The notes beneath the pieces were generated by a model, which was not told where the DNA came from, made no database searches, and was given only the letters and a program-made list of their open reading frames with translations. DNA of 64,000 bases from Macrostomum lignano (Eukaryota), in NCBI GenBank assembly GCA_002269645.1, contig NIVC01000094.1:868001-932000 (forward strand). The letters run 5' to 3'. The translations under genes were made by a program, and so were the position numbers. Shown piece after piece: positions 47,701 through 59,413 of this stretch; position 1 is the first letter of the stretch, and each line of letters begins with the position of its first letter.

Positions 47701-50700
47701 TTGGATTTTTGTAACAAATAAGATGGAGTAATTAGTAGGAACAAAGCATAGGCACTCTTAAGGAGGCCGTAGCCTAGTGGTCTAGTGAGGCGCTCTGATG
47801 TGCCAGCGGCCCAGACTCGATTCCAAGTGCAGTGACATTAATTTGGGGCTAAATTAGAATCTCGGCTTGATTGGTCTACTCGTGCAATTGAAGGCCCACC
47901 CCCAATAAAGTTAGTGAGAATTAATCCCCCCACTTCCGATAAAGCCTTCATTGCTGCGAGAAACATTTACCGCTTTTCAAACACCAGGTACTCCAGCACT
48001 GGCAGGAAGGCCTCGGTGTGGTCGGCAAGCACCGGCAGCAGATTAGCCACAATGTCCGTCAGCATCTGGCACAGGTCTTGATCGTCGATTCTGTTTTAAT
48101 TCATAAAATAGTTAGATAAAATTAAAAAACGCTAATTAGCCTACTCAAAAGTATGTCAGTAGCAAAACTAGCGTTTTACGCTCAATTTAAACGAGAATAA
48201 TAGCAGACAGTTGCGACTGTCGATTATTTGAGGACTTACAGAGAAACATAAGTTAACCAGAGCTGGGCGTTGGCATCCAGGTAGTACAGTCTTGGCTGGA
48301 ACTGCAGGCCAATCCTGGGAGAGTTCAATGACAAAGAAGGTCAATTTCTCCTGATAAACACGCTTTCAAATTAAAGTACCCAAAAAACTGAACTCACTTC
48401 ACAGTGGAGAGAATTTTAACGCGCAGCCGATTGACTTTGCGAGAACCGATTAGGCTCAGGAACAGCTGCATGCTCTGCAGGGCCTCGCGGCGCTCCTCAT
48501 CAGTCAGCAGGCTGCTGTTCAGGTGAGTGTCAAAGTAAGCCAGGGCTGGGAACAGGTAGGAGCCTTGGAGAACTTCGCTCTGCAGTGTTGATTGAAAATA
48601 TTGACGAGTATTGTACTGATGAGCAATTGACACTGTACTGAGCAGCATCTGACACTGTACTGAGCAGAATCTGACACTACTGAGCAGCATCTGACACTGA
48701 ACTGAGCAGAATCTGACACTGTACTGAGCAGCATCTGACACTGAACTGAGCAGCATCTGACACTGAACTGAGCAGCATCTGACACTGTACTGAGCAGCAT
48801 CTGACACTGTACTGAGCAGAATCTGACACTGTACTGAGCAGCATCTGACACTGAACTGAGCAGCATCTGACACTGAACTGAGCAGAATCTGACACTGTAC
48901 TGAGCAGCATCTGACACTGTACTGAGCAGCATCTGACACTGAACTGAGCAGCATCTGACACTGTACTGAGCAGCATCTGACACTGAACTGAGCAGAATCT
49001 GACACTGTACTGAGCAGCATCTGACACTGAACTGAGCAGCATCTGACACTGTACTGAGCAGAATCTGACACTGAACTGAGCAGCATCTGACACTGAACTG
49101 AGCAGCATCTGACACTGTACTGAGCAGCACCTGACACTGAACTGAGCAGCATCTGACACTGAACTGAGCAGCATCTGACACTGAACTGAGCAGCATCTGA
49201 CACATCTGACCCCAAACCCAACAGTATTTGACCCCAACACTAACAGTATCTGACCCCAAAGCCAACAGTATCTGATCCCAAAGCCAACAGTATCTGACCC
49301 CAGACCCAACAGTATCTGACCCCAAAGCCAACAGTATCTGACCCCAAACCCAACAGTATCTGACCCCAAACCCAACAGTATCTGACCCCAAAGCCAACAG
49401 TATCTGACCCCAAAGCCAACAGTATCTGACCCCAAACCCAACAGTATCTGACCCCAAAGCCAACAATCTCTTTAATCAATCAGTTTCCCCCAACCCCCAG
49501 CAGCTCACCGCCAGCTCCTCGTCGGTGCACTCCTGAAACGGCGGTAGCGACGCCCCGACGTCAGCAGCCACCGCAGCCAGCGGCACCACCCGGTGGCTGA
49601 GCAGGAAGCGAAATCCGTAGAGCAGGCCGCCAGGCTGCCGGTGCCACAGGTGAACAGCCAGCAGCTGGATGATCCGCACCGAGTCAACGCTGGCCAGCTG
49701 CTCGCTCAGGCTGGCCCCGGTGAGATCGCTGAGCCGGCTGACGCCTTCGTCCCATTTGTCTTCGCCGTGCAGGGCTCGAAGATGCAACAGGTGGAGAAAC
49801 ATGTGGGGCACCACGCCTCTGAGGGATTGGGCGGCCAGAGTTGGCAAATTTCAAATTGGCTGCAATACCTGTCAGAGCACTAAGATGTGTCAGAGCAATA
49901 AGATGTGTCAGAGCAATAAGATGTGTCAGAGCAATAAGATGTGTCAGAGCAATAAGATGTGTCAGAGCACTAAGATGTGTCAGAGCACTAAGATGTGTCA
50001 GAGCACTAAGATGTGTCAGAGCAATAAGATGTGTCAGATGTCAAGATGTGTCAGATGCCAAGATGTGTCAGATGCCAAGATGTGTCGGACGCCAAGATGT
50101 GTCAGATGCCAAGATGTGTCAGACGCCAAGATGTGTCAGATGTCAAGATGTTCAGACGCCTAGATGTGTCAGACGCCTAGATGCGTCAGGGTCGCCAAAG
50201 GTTTCAGGTTCACCATAACTAGAATGTGTCAGGAGCGCCCAATGTGTCAGGTTCACCATAACTAGAATGTGTCAGGAGCGCCAAATGTGTCAGGTTCACC
50301 ATAACTAGAATTTGTCAGGAGCGCCAAATGTTCGCCAAATGTCAGGTTCACCATGTTTCAGAGGCGTCAAAATGCTCAAAAAGCGGACACTAAAGAGCGC
50401 ATGCGACAAGAGCAGTTACTAACCTGGCCCGCAGCTGGGCAACAATTCCAGGCTGGTCGTCCACTCCAAGCAGTTCCAGCGCAACCATGTTGAAGTCGGA
50501 GCACTCCAGGAAAAGCGCCCGGCAGAGCGCCGGCTCCGCTATGCGCGCCATGACGGCCCGCTGGGTCAGGCCGAACACTGAGAGCGCTGAGTAGAACTTG
50601 GGCAGCTGAGCCTCGTCCGCGCCGCCGACTCTGGCCGATGATGACGCGGCGGCCATCGACGCCGAGACCAATGCGCCGCCGGAGGCTTGAACAGTCCGCT

Positions 50701-50906
50701 GCGAGGGCACCAGGGCGCGCAGGAACTGCTCAGCCAGGAGCCAGCGAACTGCCGACACGGCCGCGTCGCCCGACAGGCCGCGCCGTCGTAGAAGATCGCG
50801 CCCGAAATGGCGCGCCAGAGCTAGGGCACGCTGATGATCGAAGCCGGCTACGGACAGCAGCACCAGCAACAGCAAGATGCGGGGCACGCGGGCGGCCGGC
50901 GCCGAC
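44739..50906 (-). CDS. ATR: ATR kinase, upstream exon block (HEAT/UME region). Exons 50906-50424, 49818-49509, 48579-48398, 48314-48240, 48090-47971, 47647-47540, 46843-46571, 44880-44739; further 5' exons not in the window
   Basis: The translation is colinear with ATR as I recall it: LIGSRKVNRLRVKILSTVKIGLQF (cf. MGPKHVSSVRVKMMTTLRTGLRF), AACLGIVGAVDPARL (cf. GECLGELGAIDPGRL), FPVTLMKELARLY (cf. FAYGLLMELTRAY). Splice phases match throughout, including the phase-0 join 44739 to 21571. Confidence 0.85.
45077..45973. repeat. 18-bp minisatellite (GGGGTTGTWGSCTAGCTA)n, ~48 units
   Basis: Direct tandem units, contiguous with a SINE head. Confidence 0.95.
45959..46250 (+). mobile_element. tRNA-derived SINE with a CORE-like central domain and (TTA)n tail
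   Basis: A box TAGTGGTTAGAGC and B box GTTCGATTC, then GTGTCCTTGAGCAAGACACTTAACT..CAGCTGTAAAATGGG (MIR/CORE-like) and an ATT-repeat tail. A second partial copy is at 18204-18373. Confidence 0.85.
47130..47510. repeat. Minisatellite (CACACTTCACGATCCC-like) in an ATR intron
   Basis: Direct tandem units. Confidence 0.9.
47762..47826 (+). mobile_element. Degenerate tRNA-derived SINE head
   Basis: GGAGGCCGTAGCCTAGTGGTCTAG (A-box-like) and GACTCGATTCC (B-box-like); body not recognisable. Confidence 0.45.
48628..49465. repeat. Two abutting 22-bp minisatellites: (CTGACACTGTACTGAGCAGCAT)n to ~49200, then (CAGTATCTGACCCCAAACCCAA)n
   Basis: Direct tandem units sharing an ATCTGAC core. Confidence 0.95.
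49870..50345. repeat. Three successive arrays (18-bp, ~17-bp, ~50-bp) sharing an ATGTGTCAG core
   Basis: Direct tandem units. Confidence 0.9.
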
Positions 50907-50944
50907 CTGGGCGTTGTTGGGACTGGCTAGGAATTCTGGGATTC

Positions 50945-51348
50945 CCTGCACTCTCCCTACACTATCTGCACTCTCCTCCCTACACTATCTCTGCACTCTT
51001 CCTACATTATCTCTGCACTCTCCCTACACTATCTCTGCACTATTCTCCCTACACTATATCTGCACTCTCACTACATTATCTCTGCACTCTCCCTACACTA
51101 TCTGTGCACTCTCCCTACACTATCTCTGCACTCTCCCTACACTATCTCTGCACTCTCCCTACACTATCTCTGCACTCTCCCTACACTATCTCTGCACTCT
51201 CCCTACATTATCTCTGCACTCTCCCTACACTATCTCTGCACTCTCCCTACATTATCTCTGCACTCTCCCTACACTATCTCTGCACTCTCCCTACATTATC
51301 TCTGCACTCTCCCTACACTATCTCTGCACTCTCCCTACACTATCTCTG
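50945..51348. repeat. 22-bp minisatellite (CACTCTCCCTACACTATCTCTG)n
   Basis: About 18 units. Confidence 0.95.
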
Positions 51349-51788
51349 TGTGGTGTCTGGCCTGTTGAGTGCTCTTGCACTTTTTGAGTTGTTTTTGCGT
51401 GCGCCCTAGGCGGCCATCCCCAGACCAGTTCTGGCTGGTTGGGGGGGGGGCGCTCGGCCCAGCTTGAGTCTTTCCCCGCGGCGGCCACTGATTGGCTGGG
51501 CTTGTGTTTTTGTGTTTTTCTTTTCTGGCCCCCAGTCAATCGATCTGCTCGGTGGGCACGCTGATTGGCTGAGGGGTCGTCTCTTTTGTTTGGCGTCTCT
51601 CTCTCTCTCGCGCTGTCTGCCCCTCTACCCTGTTAAGTGGTATATAGTGCTCAAGCCTGGCCCAGCCAGCTCCCCGCTCTCCGCCCCGTGCCAGCTCTCC
51701 AAACTAAACTAGCGATACTCAAGCGAGCCGTGTCTATACGGTCTCTTACTGCGAGGACTCAATTGATTGCGAGCAAATAAAGCGGACA
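51349..51788 (+). mobile_element. Putative LTR (outer element X), ~440 bp
   Basis: TGT...ACA termini, two reverse CCAAT boxes (51491, 51564), TATATA at 51641, AATAAA at 51776, followed 2 nt later by TGGTAGC (PBS-like). No partner LTR in the window. Confidence 0.55.
51728..51773 (+). other. Flatworm spliced-leader-like sequence inside the LTR
   Basis: 51738-51770 matches the Macrostomum lignano SL core, as I recall it from memory, at 31/33 nt. The 5' CCGT..ACGG hairpin is retained and the terminal ATG is replaced by GAG. Confidence 0.6.
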
Positions 51789-51920
51789 GGTGGTAGCGAT
51801 ATTCGAACGGGCTCCAAGCTTCTGGCAACGGTAAGACCCCGAGTTTATTCGCTTCTTTAGCTTTTCCGAGGCCTTGCCGTAGCAGTGGTTCCATAGCTAG
51901 AGCGTCATCACGCCTGCGAC

Positions 51921-52244
51921 TGTGACCACTGCAGCACAGCAGCGTTGTATATTGAGTATTATTGTAGTACTGTACCGGTTACTTTATATAGTGTGTACAA
52001 CCTACAGTATCGAAACTAGAAGCACTCGAGAGTGTCACCACACCTCGAGCCGCAGCGTGAACTCTGAGTGTCACAACACCAGAGGGATCGACCCATTATC
52101 GCAGAGCGTCGCCACGCCTGCTCGTATCCATAAAAGTACAGGCAGAGCGCCACTACGCCTGTTGTATTACGTATAACATATTGTACTTGGGACTGGGCAC
52201 CCAAACCGACCCGGGTTACGAAAAATTGGCGCCCGATGTGGGGC
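51921..52244 (+). mobile_element. 5' LTR (51921-52220) and tRNA-Lys-type PBS (52227-52244) of a Ty3/Gypsy element (Y)
   Basis: Imperfect inverted ends TGTGACC...GGTTACG. TGGCGCCCGATGTGGGGC differs from the Lys1,2 PBS TGGCGCCCAACGTGGGGC at two positions, both G:U-compatible. gag follows. Confidence 0.7.
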
Positions 52245-52471
52245 CCTGTCCCCAAGGATTGAAAGTCGGCTCAATTGCTTTCTATGAAAATTGCTGTCAT
52301 ATTGTTAACCTTTTTTGTCTTACTAAAACGACTGTTGCTTATCGCCTGCGGCTATTGCCCTACCGCAAAAGACATTGAATCTCGGTCACAGACAACTGAT
52401 TGGTTATCAGAGATCGATAGCTATCGCCACCTCATAGTAAAGAGTAGCAACGGTATTCAGAGACTTTGGCC

Positions 52472-52722
52472 ATGGGTGATCAAGCTATGGACCAACTGAT
52501 CGATGCGTTGGCTGCTCGTCTCAGAGCCAACGCCGACCGAGCAGCCCCACGACTCTCAAAGCCGCCCAAGTACATACCAACGATGAATTTCAGCCTATGG
52601 CTGCAGAGTTTCAACGAGTACTGCGAGGCTGTCGGTATAGAAGAAGAAGCCAGGCGGCCGCACTTGATTGGCCTACTCAACCTCACAACGGCCTACGCCG
52701 CGGTCGATAAGCTGGACTTGGC
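52472..52722 (+). pseudogene. gag: Gypsy gag N-terminal fragment, interrupted
   Basis: KPPKYIPTMNFSLWLQSFNEYCEAVG..LIGLL resembles Gypsy gag N-termini. It lies just after the PBS and stops at the DNA-transposon junction. Confidence 0.65.
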
Positions 52723-53093
52723 AAACCGGACGAAAAAACGGACAAATTCCGGCTCAGTTCCGCACGTAGGGACCCGTTTTGATCCGGATTTTTGTCCGGT
52801 TTTCCATCCGGAATCTTGTCCGGTCCTAATCGGACGATTAAGCGGACAAAATCCGGATGGAAACCGGACTAAATCTTGCGAGAGCAGTAAGCAAGCCTTC
52901 ACAGTCTTCACAGTCTACGTCTTTGCAGTCTACGTCTTCGCAGTCTACGAAGTGTACTTTTTAGGTATGCATAACATTGTCCATTGACCTATTATATGAT
53001 AACATTGGTGTGATGCGAGCACTATACATGCACCCTGAAAAACACGACTAACCGTTAGCTCCCCAAATTTGCATTGCAGCCCGCACCTAGTGG

Positions 53094-55820
53094 TTGTCCG
53101 TGTCCATGCAGCCCTCAGGACGCAACCGGTGGCAGTATATTCAGCAGCGAAGGTTCGAGCAGAAGCTGAAAGCAGCCATAAGTAAGGGTCAGCCATCGCG
53201 TTCCCACTCCCCAATACAACGCGATTCTGCAACTCAACAGACCCACGAGCCGAAACCCTCCGGCAGCGTTAATCGTACGCCATGTGTATGTACTGTTCAT
53301 CGAATACATCCCATGGCTGCAACGAGAGAGAGCGTTACTTTTTTTACTACTTCTTTCAATCCCTTATACCTTCTCGGGACAGGCGATGGCATCGTCGCGG
53401 CAGCCAGCGCCAGCGGCGACGAAGCCGACAGCGACACTGACAGCGACGCCAGTGGCGCTGCAACTCAGGGCAGCGGCGACGAGGCCGACAGCGACGCCAG
53501 TGGCGCTGCGACCCAGGAAAGTGGCGACGAGGCCGACAGCGACGCCAGCGGCGCTGTACCGCCAAACTTCGACCTCTTCCAGCACCCATGGCACGATGGG
53601 GTACTGGCTGAGCCAATATACTCCATAGCGGCTGCCGTTTGTGAGGTCAATGACTGCGCTATTGACCTGCAGATTCCCCGCGAAAAAGTCGGCCGGCTTT
53701 TGGCTACAACCCACCGCCTCGTCCTCGGCAACAGGTTGCCGCGGACGGCGAAGACGTTGTGGCGGACTCTGAAAAAGGCCCAAAGTTGCATCGGCTCCTC
53801 AAAGTGCATGACTGTGTGCAATTCCTGTCGATGTAACTATCCAGGAGACAGCAGCCAGAATGAAGGACTTTGTCGAAACTCCAATTCTCAACTTGTCTCA
53901 AATTTCTGGGTGTTCGATATCCGTCAGCAAATTAGGACTTACATCGAGGCCTGTGGATTGCTGCTGAACGTCACCTTTCCAGTGGACTTCCAACAACCGG
54001 AGGATTGCATTCACTTATCAACCACCCAAATGTATGCCGAGTTTATTGAGGCGATTGAACCCCAGGATCGAATGGACTTGTCCTACACCCTGAGCTCGGA
54101 TGGCTTCTCGCTGCATACTACCAGCCGAGTTGAAGTCTGCCCCGTGTATATCAGCATCAACGAAGTCCACGACCGCTTCAAACTGAAGTATGTCGTCATT
54201 TGTGGTGTATGGGCGGGGAAGAAGAAATTGCACGCGTCTGCCTTCCTTCCTTGTTTCATCGGCGCTTTGAATAGCCTGCGCACGCGAGGCGTCACCTACT
54301 TAGACGACAAATCTGTGCGACGGACAATCCGGTTGCATCCGCTTCAGACCCTCTTCGACGCACCCGCTCGGGCCGACGCTCTGAATATGAGGCACTGTAC
54401 GGTCATTTACGGTTGCGACAAGTGCTACATTGCCACACGTCTGCACTCATCCGGCAGTGGTCGCTACTACGACGTGGAGATAACTCCCGCAAAGCTGAAC
54501 GAAGCCGCCCGTCTCGGTTGTGTGCAGACCGTCCTACGCAGCATAACCGACACGTTTCATCTTGCTGAACTGCATCTGCAACGGATACCTCCTGATCCGA
54601 ACGGCGACGTCCTTGGAATCCGCGGTCACTCCCCTCGGCGAAATTCTCGGATTTGACTTCGTTCGAGGCTGTCCACCGTGTTACCTGCATCAGCTCAACA
54701 TCGGCCTATGCAAAATGAAGATGCTGCAGTTTTTTCTGTTCGGCGCGACAAGCCTGACCGTGGCCCAACGCAGTGTCCAGATCTACACGCGAGGCAGGAC
54801 CAAGTAGACGCCCGACTGAGGAATCTTTACGTGCCCGATTGCGTGCAGCGGCATTCCGTTCCTCCGCTAAGTGACCTGCGCAATATGCGCGGTCACGAGT
54901 TTGAAATGTGGCTCCTCGCTTACGGGCCACTCGTTCTTGACGGAATTCTACCAAAGGCCCATATGGACCACTTCAAGGTCCTCTCTTCCGCTGTATTTTG
55001 GATGACGGCTGACTATGCGCCCAAAACCGAATTGCGACACGTGGAAATTTCCCTGCGGCATTACCACGCGAACTTGCAGCGTCTGTTTTCGCTACGGGCT
55101 CTCACCTACAATACACATCAGGTGTGCTGCCACTTGCTGGCCTATGTGCACCTCGCTGGATCCGCGCATCGCCTATCGACTGGTCTCTTTGAAACCATGC
55201 ACAACCGTTTGGCGCAACGTCTTCATGGGACCCGCCCCAGCGATGTCGAATTGGTGAATGCTGTTGAGCGCCAGATCGGCAGCATCCAAGCGAGAGCACG
55301 ACTCCTAGGCCGGCAAGTTCCACGGCAGCAGAATGAGCGGGACCTGCGCCGCTTTAAGTTCCGCACCGTCGGGGGCGCGGTCCTGCGCAGGCCGAAGTCT
55401 CAACAAGTTGGCTGGCAAACCGTCTCGCTGCTGTCTGGCTGGAAAGACAGTGCGTATCGGCCTGCAGGCGCCAGGAGAGACGCGTCCTGCTTTGCGGCTG
55501 TCACCGACCAAACCCCAACAGACTTCCAATTCTATCGGGTAGCCTCCATCGACGTGGAAGGTGACGCTGTCATGCTGAAGATCATCGTGCTGCCCCTGCT
55601 GCAACCCGAGCCGGACCCACTGGAGTCGCTGGACCAGGTTCCTGCAGCCTCAGTAAATCGTGGCTGCCGCTACGTCCACGTTAGGCGACTGGGCTGTGAC
55701 CCATTCGGTGACATACGCATTGAACCGGTCGCCGTGCGACTCGAGGCGCTTCGTGGGGTCTGCGTTCTGTATGGCCGCAAAATTGCCTTGTTGCCCCATC
55801 CGCAATTGTGCTTTGCGTGA
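53094..55820 (+). pseudogene. EnSpm/Tnp2-family transposase with two frameshifts (~54635, ~54790)
   Basis: CxxC motif; LSSDG..CPVY..GVWAGKKK..FLPCF..FDAPARA..YGCDKC; LHQLNIG; EFEMWLLAYGPLVL; LTYNTHQ..H..GLFETMHNRL..LHG. These motifs are typical of animal CMC-EnSpm/Mirage transposases. Confidence 0.8.
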
Positions 55821-57484
55821 ATATTAACTGCTTGAAGGGTTTGAAGAAGGCGCGAAAGCTTATTCGGTGCTTCGTTTGTAACTTCTGTTTCGATACATGT
55901 CCGTTTATTTATTCTACACTAGGTAAGCAAAAGCAATTCAATAAGACAGAGAATTAACTCGTATGGAACATATTCTGCTTGTTCATTTTCTATCTTTTAC
56001 GCTTACAACTTACAACTTTCATAAACACTTGCACTCCTCCCTCACTATCCGCAATCTCCTCCAGAATCCCCTCCCCATGCAGGCTCCCTCCCCCGGAATC
56101 CCCTCCCTGATCTCCACGATCGGATCCCTTTAATTCCACGAACTGTATATTCCACTGTAGAAATGAAGTAGAGAATAAATCTGATGGGTACTCTCTACCT
56201 CACGCCTTTGCAGCTGCATGTCAATTGGGCATTCTGGGCATTTCCAGTCATGGGCGGCTGGACGAAGAGATACCCAGTCCATGCCTCTAGCAGATCTTCG
56301 ATCCTGCATCCAAGAAGCCGAACGACAAGGCGTGCGCGTGTACACGAGCTGCTCTTCGTGGAGGCACTTAACGTGATCGACTCAGGTCGGCTGCCTACAG
56401 GCACTGTTTCCGACGAGACCGCATCAATTAATGCTATAATTAACGTGCCGGCCTGCCGGACGTTTCCGGATATTTAAAAAGGAGCGACAGTTCTTGAGAG
56501 CCCAACACTTTTCAATGTCGACTCCGATCTGCACGGTCGCTACTCGTTGTCTATCGCAGCAGGGCAGATTCGTCGCGTATATCCGTGCCCAGTGGTGGCT
56601 AATTCATTTATGTTCTGGGATGCTTGCATCAAATGCGTCGTTTCAGTCAATAAAATCACTTCAGTCAAACTCGCGGCAATTATTCATTTATTTATTTATT
56701 CGCACGCACACACGCCAATATTATGGTCTGCACCGTTACATACTTCCCACAGGAAGCCACGTTCGTGAGCAATTACGGAACCAAAAAGTTGAGCAGCTAC
56801 CGTGACTACACGATCGTGTCCGCAGAGGAACTTCCGACTAGTCGTCGACCATGTCAACTCGGCTCGCCACCATCATGCAAAACCGGCAGCAGCCCCTCTG
56901 ACGACGGGGCCCATGAAAGCACCGAATGGAACATGTTTGACACCCAGTCTGAGTCCCAGTCTGTGCTGCCGGTGCCGGCATCTGCAGTCTTGGAGTGCGT
57001 CTGCGGCCAAGGCAATTTCCTCGGCTGCACTTGGTGCAGGCGACATGCTAAGAAGTAGAAAAAGTTTTGCAGCAGAAACTATTTTGCGGTCTAGTATAGC
57101 CTAACCTATAGTTTGGTTGCCGAATTGCATTTTCGGCATTTTAGTTCTTCTGTTAGTTGTGGCTTACCCTGATAATAGACATCATTCTTGGGAGAACTGC
57201 TGAGTTCTCTATTTGTGGAAATAATTGTGTCTTTTTTTCTTTGTTTTTACTGTTTTAAGTTTCCATAGAAAGGCTTATGTGCTCCTCTCCTCTCCTCTCT
57301 CCTGTATCCTCTCTCCTCTCTCCTATCCTCTCTCCCTCTCCTCTCTTCTCCTCTCCGCCATCCGCCATCCGTTACGGACAGTTCGCTTTCGTATTCAATT
57401 CAGTTGTAATTAAGTCAATAAAGTCAGCCACAGAAATTTTTACAGAACATCACAAAACGTTTCCCGCAGCACAACTGCATCGTT

Positions 57485-59413
57485 ATGGGCCACTCAAGTA
57501 AATCCAAAGGATAAAAAAAACAAAGTGAAAAAAACGAAGCGAAAAGTCTACTTTGAAACGGACAACACAGGTGTCTGAGAAGACGACCACCGTCACCAAA
57601 AGGCGAAAACTGGAAGCGGCTGCTGCTTCCGCTGCTGCTTCGGCCGAGCCACCGACCTCGGGCTCTACTGGTGCTGCTGGTTCTGCTGCTGCTTAGGCCG
57701 AGCCGCCGACCTCGAGCTCTACTAGTGCTACTGGTTCTGCTGCTGCTTCGGCCGAGCCGCCGAACTCGGGCTCTACTGCAGATCCTGCTGCTTCCGCTAC
57801 TTCTGCATACTTGCAGTACGACTGCGTGCCGTACAAAATAGAGAGTACGAGGAAATTTTTTTTATTCAAATATATCAACTATCACGAGAAAACCGATGTG
57901 GTCTCCACGTACGATATTGTCGGCCGACAACGCGATTCGCCAATACCCGTCGCTGTGGGCAGCGAAGTTCTTATAATCAAGGCTAAAGTCAGTAGAACCG
58001 CGGCCAAAAAGTGGCATGGCACCCTGGTGCAGGGGCCATTCACAGAAAAGAATGCAGCCGCGCGTGCAGCTTCGTTAACAAATGTTCACTCCACGAGTGT
58101 CGAGCTGCCAAGGACTTGTGGCTCCTGCCGCAGCTTCTCTGTCGAAGTCCAGCGCCAGTTGGCGCTAATAGATACTTTACGTGAGTAAATTTTTACATTT
58201 TTAGACATACATACACCCCAAGCCATGATCCTCAACAGGACAATTCCCGCATATTTATAGGGGACAGCTAAAATCAGCGACTCAGAAGGAGATCCAGCTG
58301 CGCGAGGATAATCGGTCGCTGGCGGAGCAGCTCCGCGTATCCAGCAGAATGGAAAAGTCTGCTGCGCCAGTTGGAGGCAGAGCAGCGGCGCAACACTATA
58401 TTGGTTGAAGCTGCGCAGCGCAGCAACTCGCTGCTTCTCAAATCGTCGGACATCCTCTGCCACGCCACGTCCGGCCGGGTACAGTCCGGTACCAGTCAGT
58501 CCCTGACTGATCGGGAAGCTTCTGAGTCAAGCATGCAGCGGAGAGGAGCCGTTGGTGCAGCGGCGTGTGCCCATCAACAAGACGAAGTGAGGCCGATGAG
58601 GTCGATGAGGATCTCAGTTTCACATGCGAACAGAATCTGTCTGTTGCACAGACTCGTGCGCTGCTGACTGCAAGCCAGAAGGCAGCAAACTGTTCGGAGA
58701 ACTCGTCCTCGTCCGGCTACGTGTCGCTCTCGGAGACGCAGCCGTTCGTCAAGGTGCAATTTCAGCGGCGCGCGGATCTTCAAAGGCGACTGGAAGAATT
58801 CGGAAAGGTGCCAGCCCCGTCCGATGCGGAGCACGCAGATGTCACGTTCATTCGTGCAACGGCCCTGCAGGCCCTCCTCCGCGCTCTGCTGCGCACTATG
58901 TTCACGGACGAACAATTTGCTGGCTCTAGCATTTCGGGTCGCAAATCAGAGGTGGCAAACCCAGGAAAGATGGCTGCGGTGCGAATCTGGCTGGCCGCAA
59001 ACAAAATTTGCTACACGCAAGCCAATCTAAACAGGGCGTTCAATCGTTGCAGTGATACGGCTAAATACCACCTCGGCATCTCGGATATCAAAAAGCGTAC
59101 ATCTATGTCGGTCCCAATGCGGTCCAAGAAGCCCGGTACAGGTGCCGCTGCAACGAAGCGCTCTAAGAAATCCGCCCAGAGCAGTGAGAGCACAGTTGTT
59201 GTCATCGTGGACGGTCCCAGTAGCGCCAACCAGAACATCTATCCGTCTGCTTCGATTGCTACAGTTGCCAGTTCGGCCGATGCGAGCGCCGGCAGTTCGA
59301 CAGCCAATTCCGGCAGTAGCGGCACTGTCGATATGCTGCAGGAACTGTATTCGAAGGATTGGCTGATTTTTATAGTTCAGACTTTCAGACTTTCCTACGT
59401 TTTGATCGTATGA
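57485..59413 (+). pseudogene. Transposon accessory protein: Lys-rich start, Ala/Ser repeats, coiled coil and C-terminal BEN-like domain; disrupted
   Basis: ALLRALLRTMFTDEQFAGSSISGRKSEVANPGKMAAVRIWL..LNRAFNRC fits the BEN pattern. In-frame TAG at 57694 where sister repeats have TCG. Intron ~58181-58260 and frameshifts. Confidence 0.6.
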
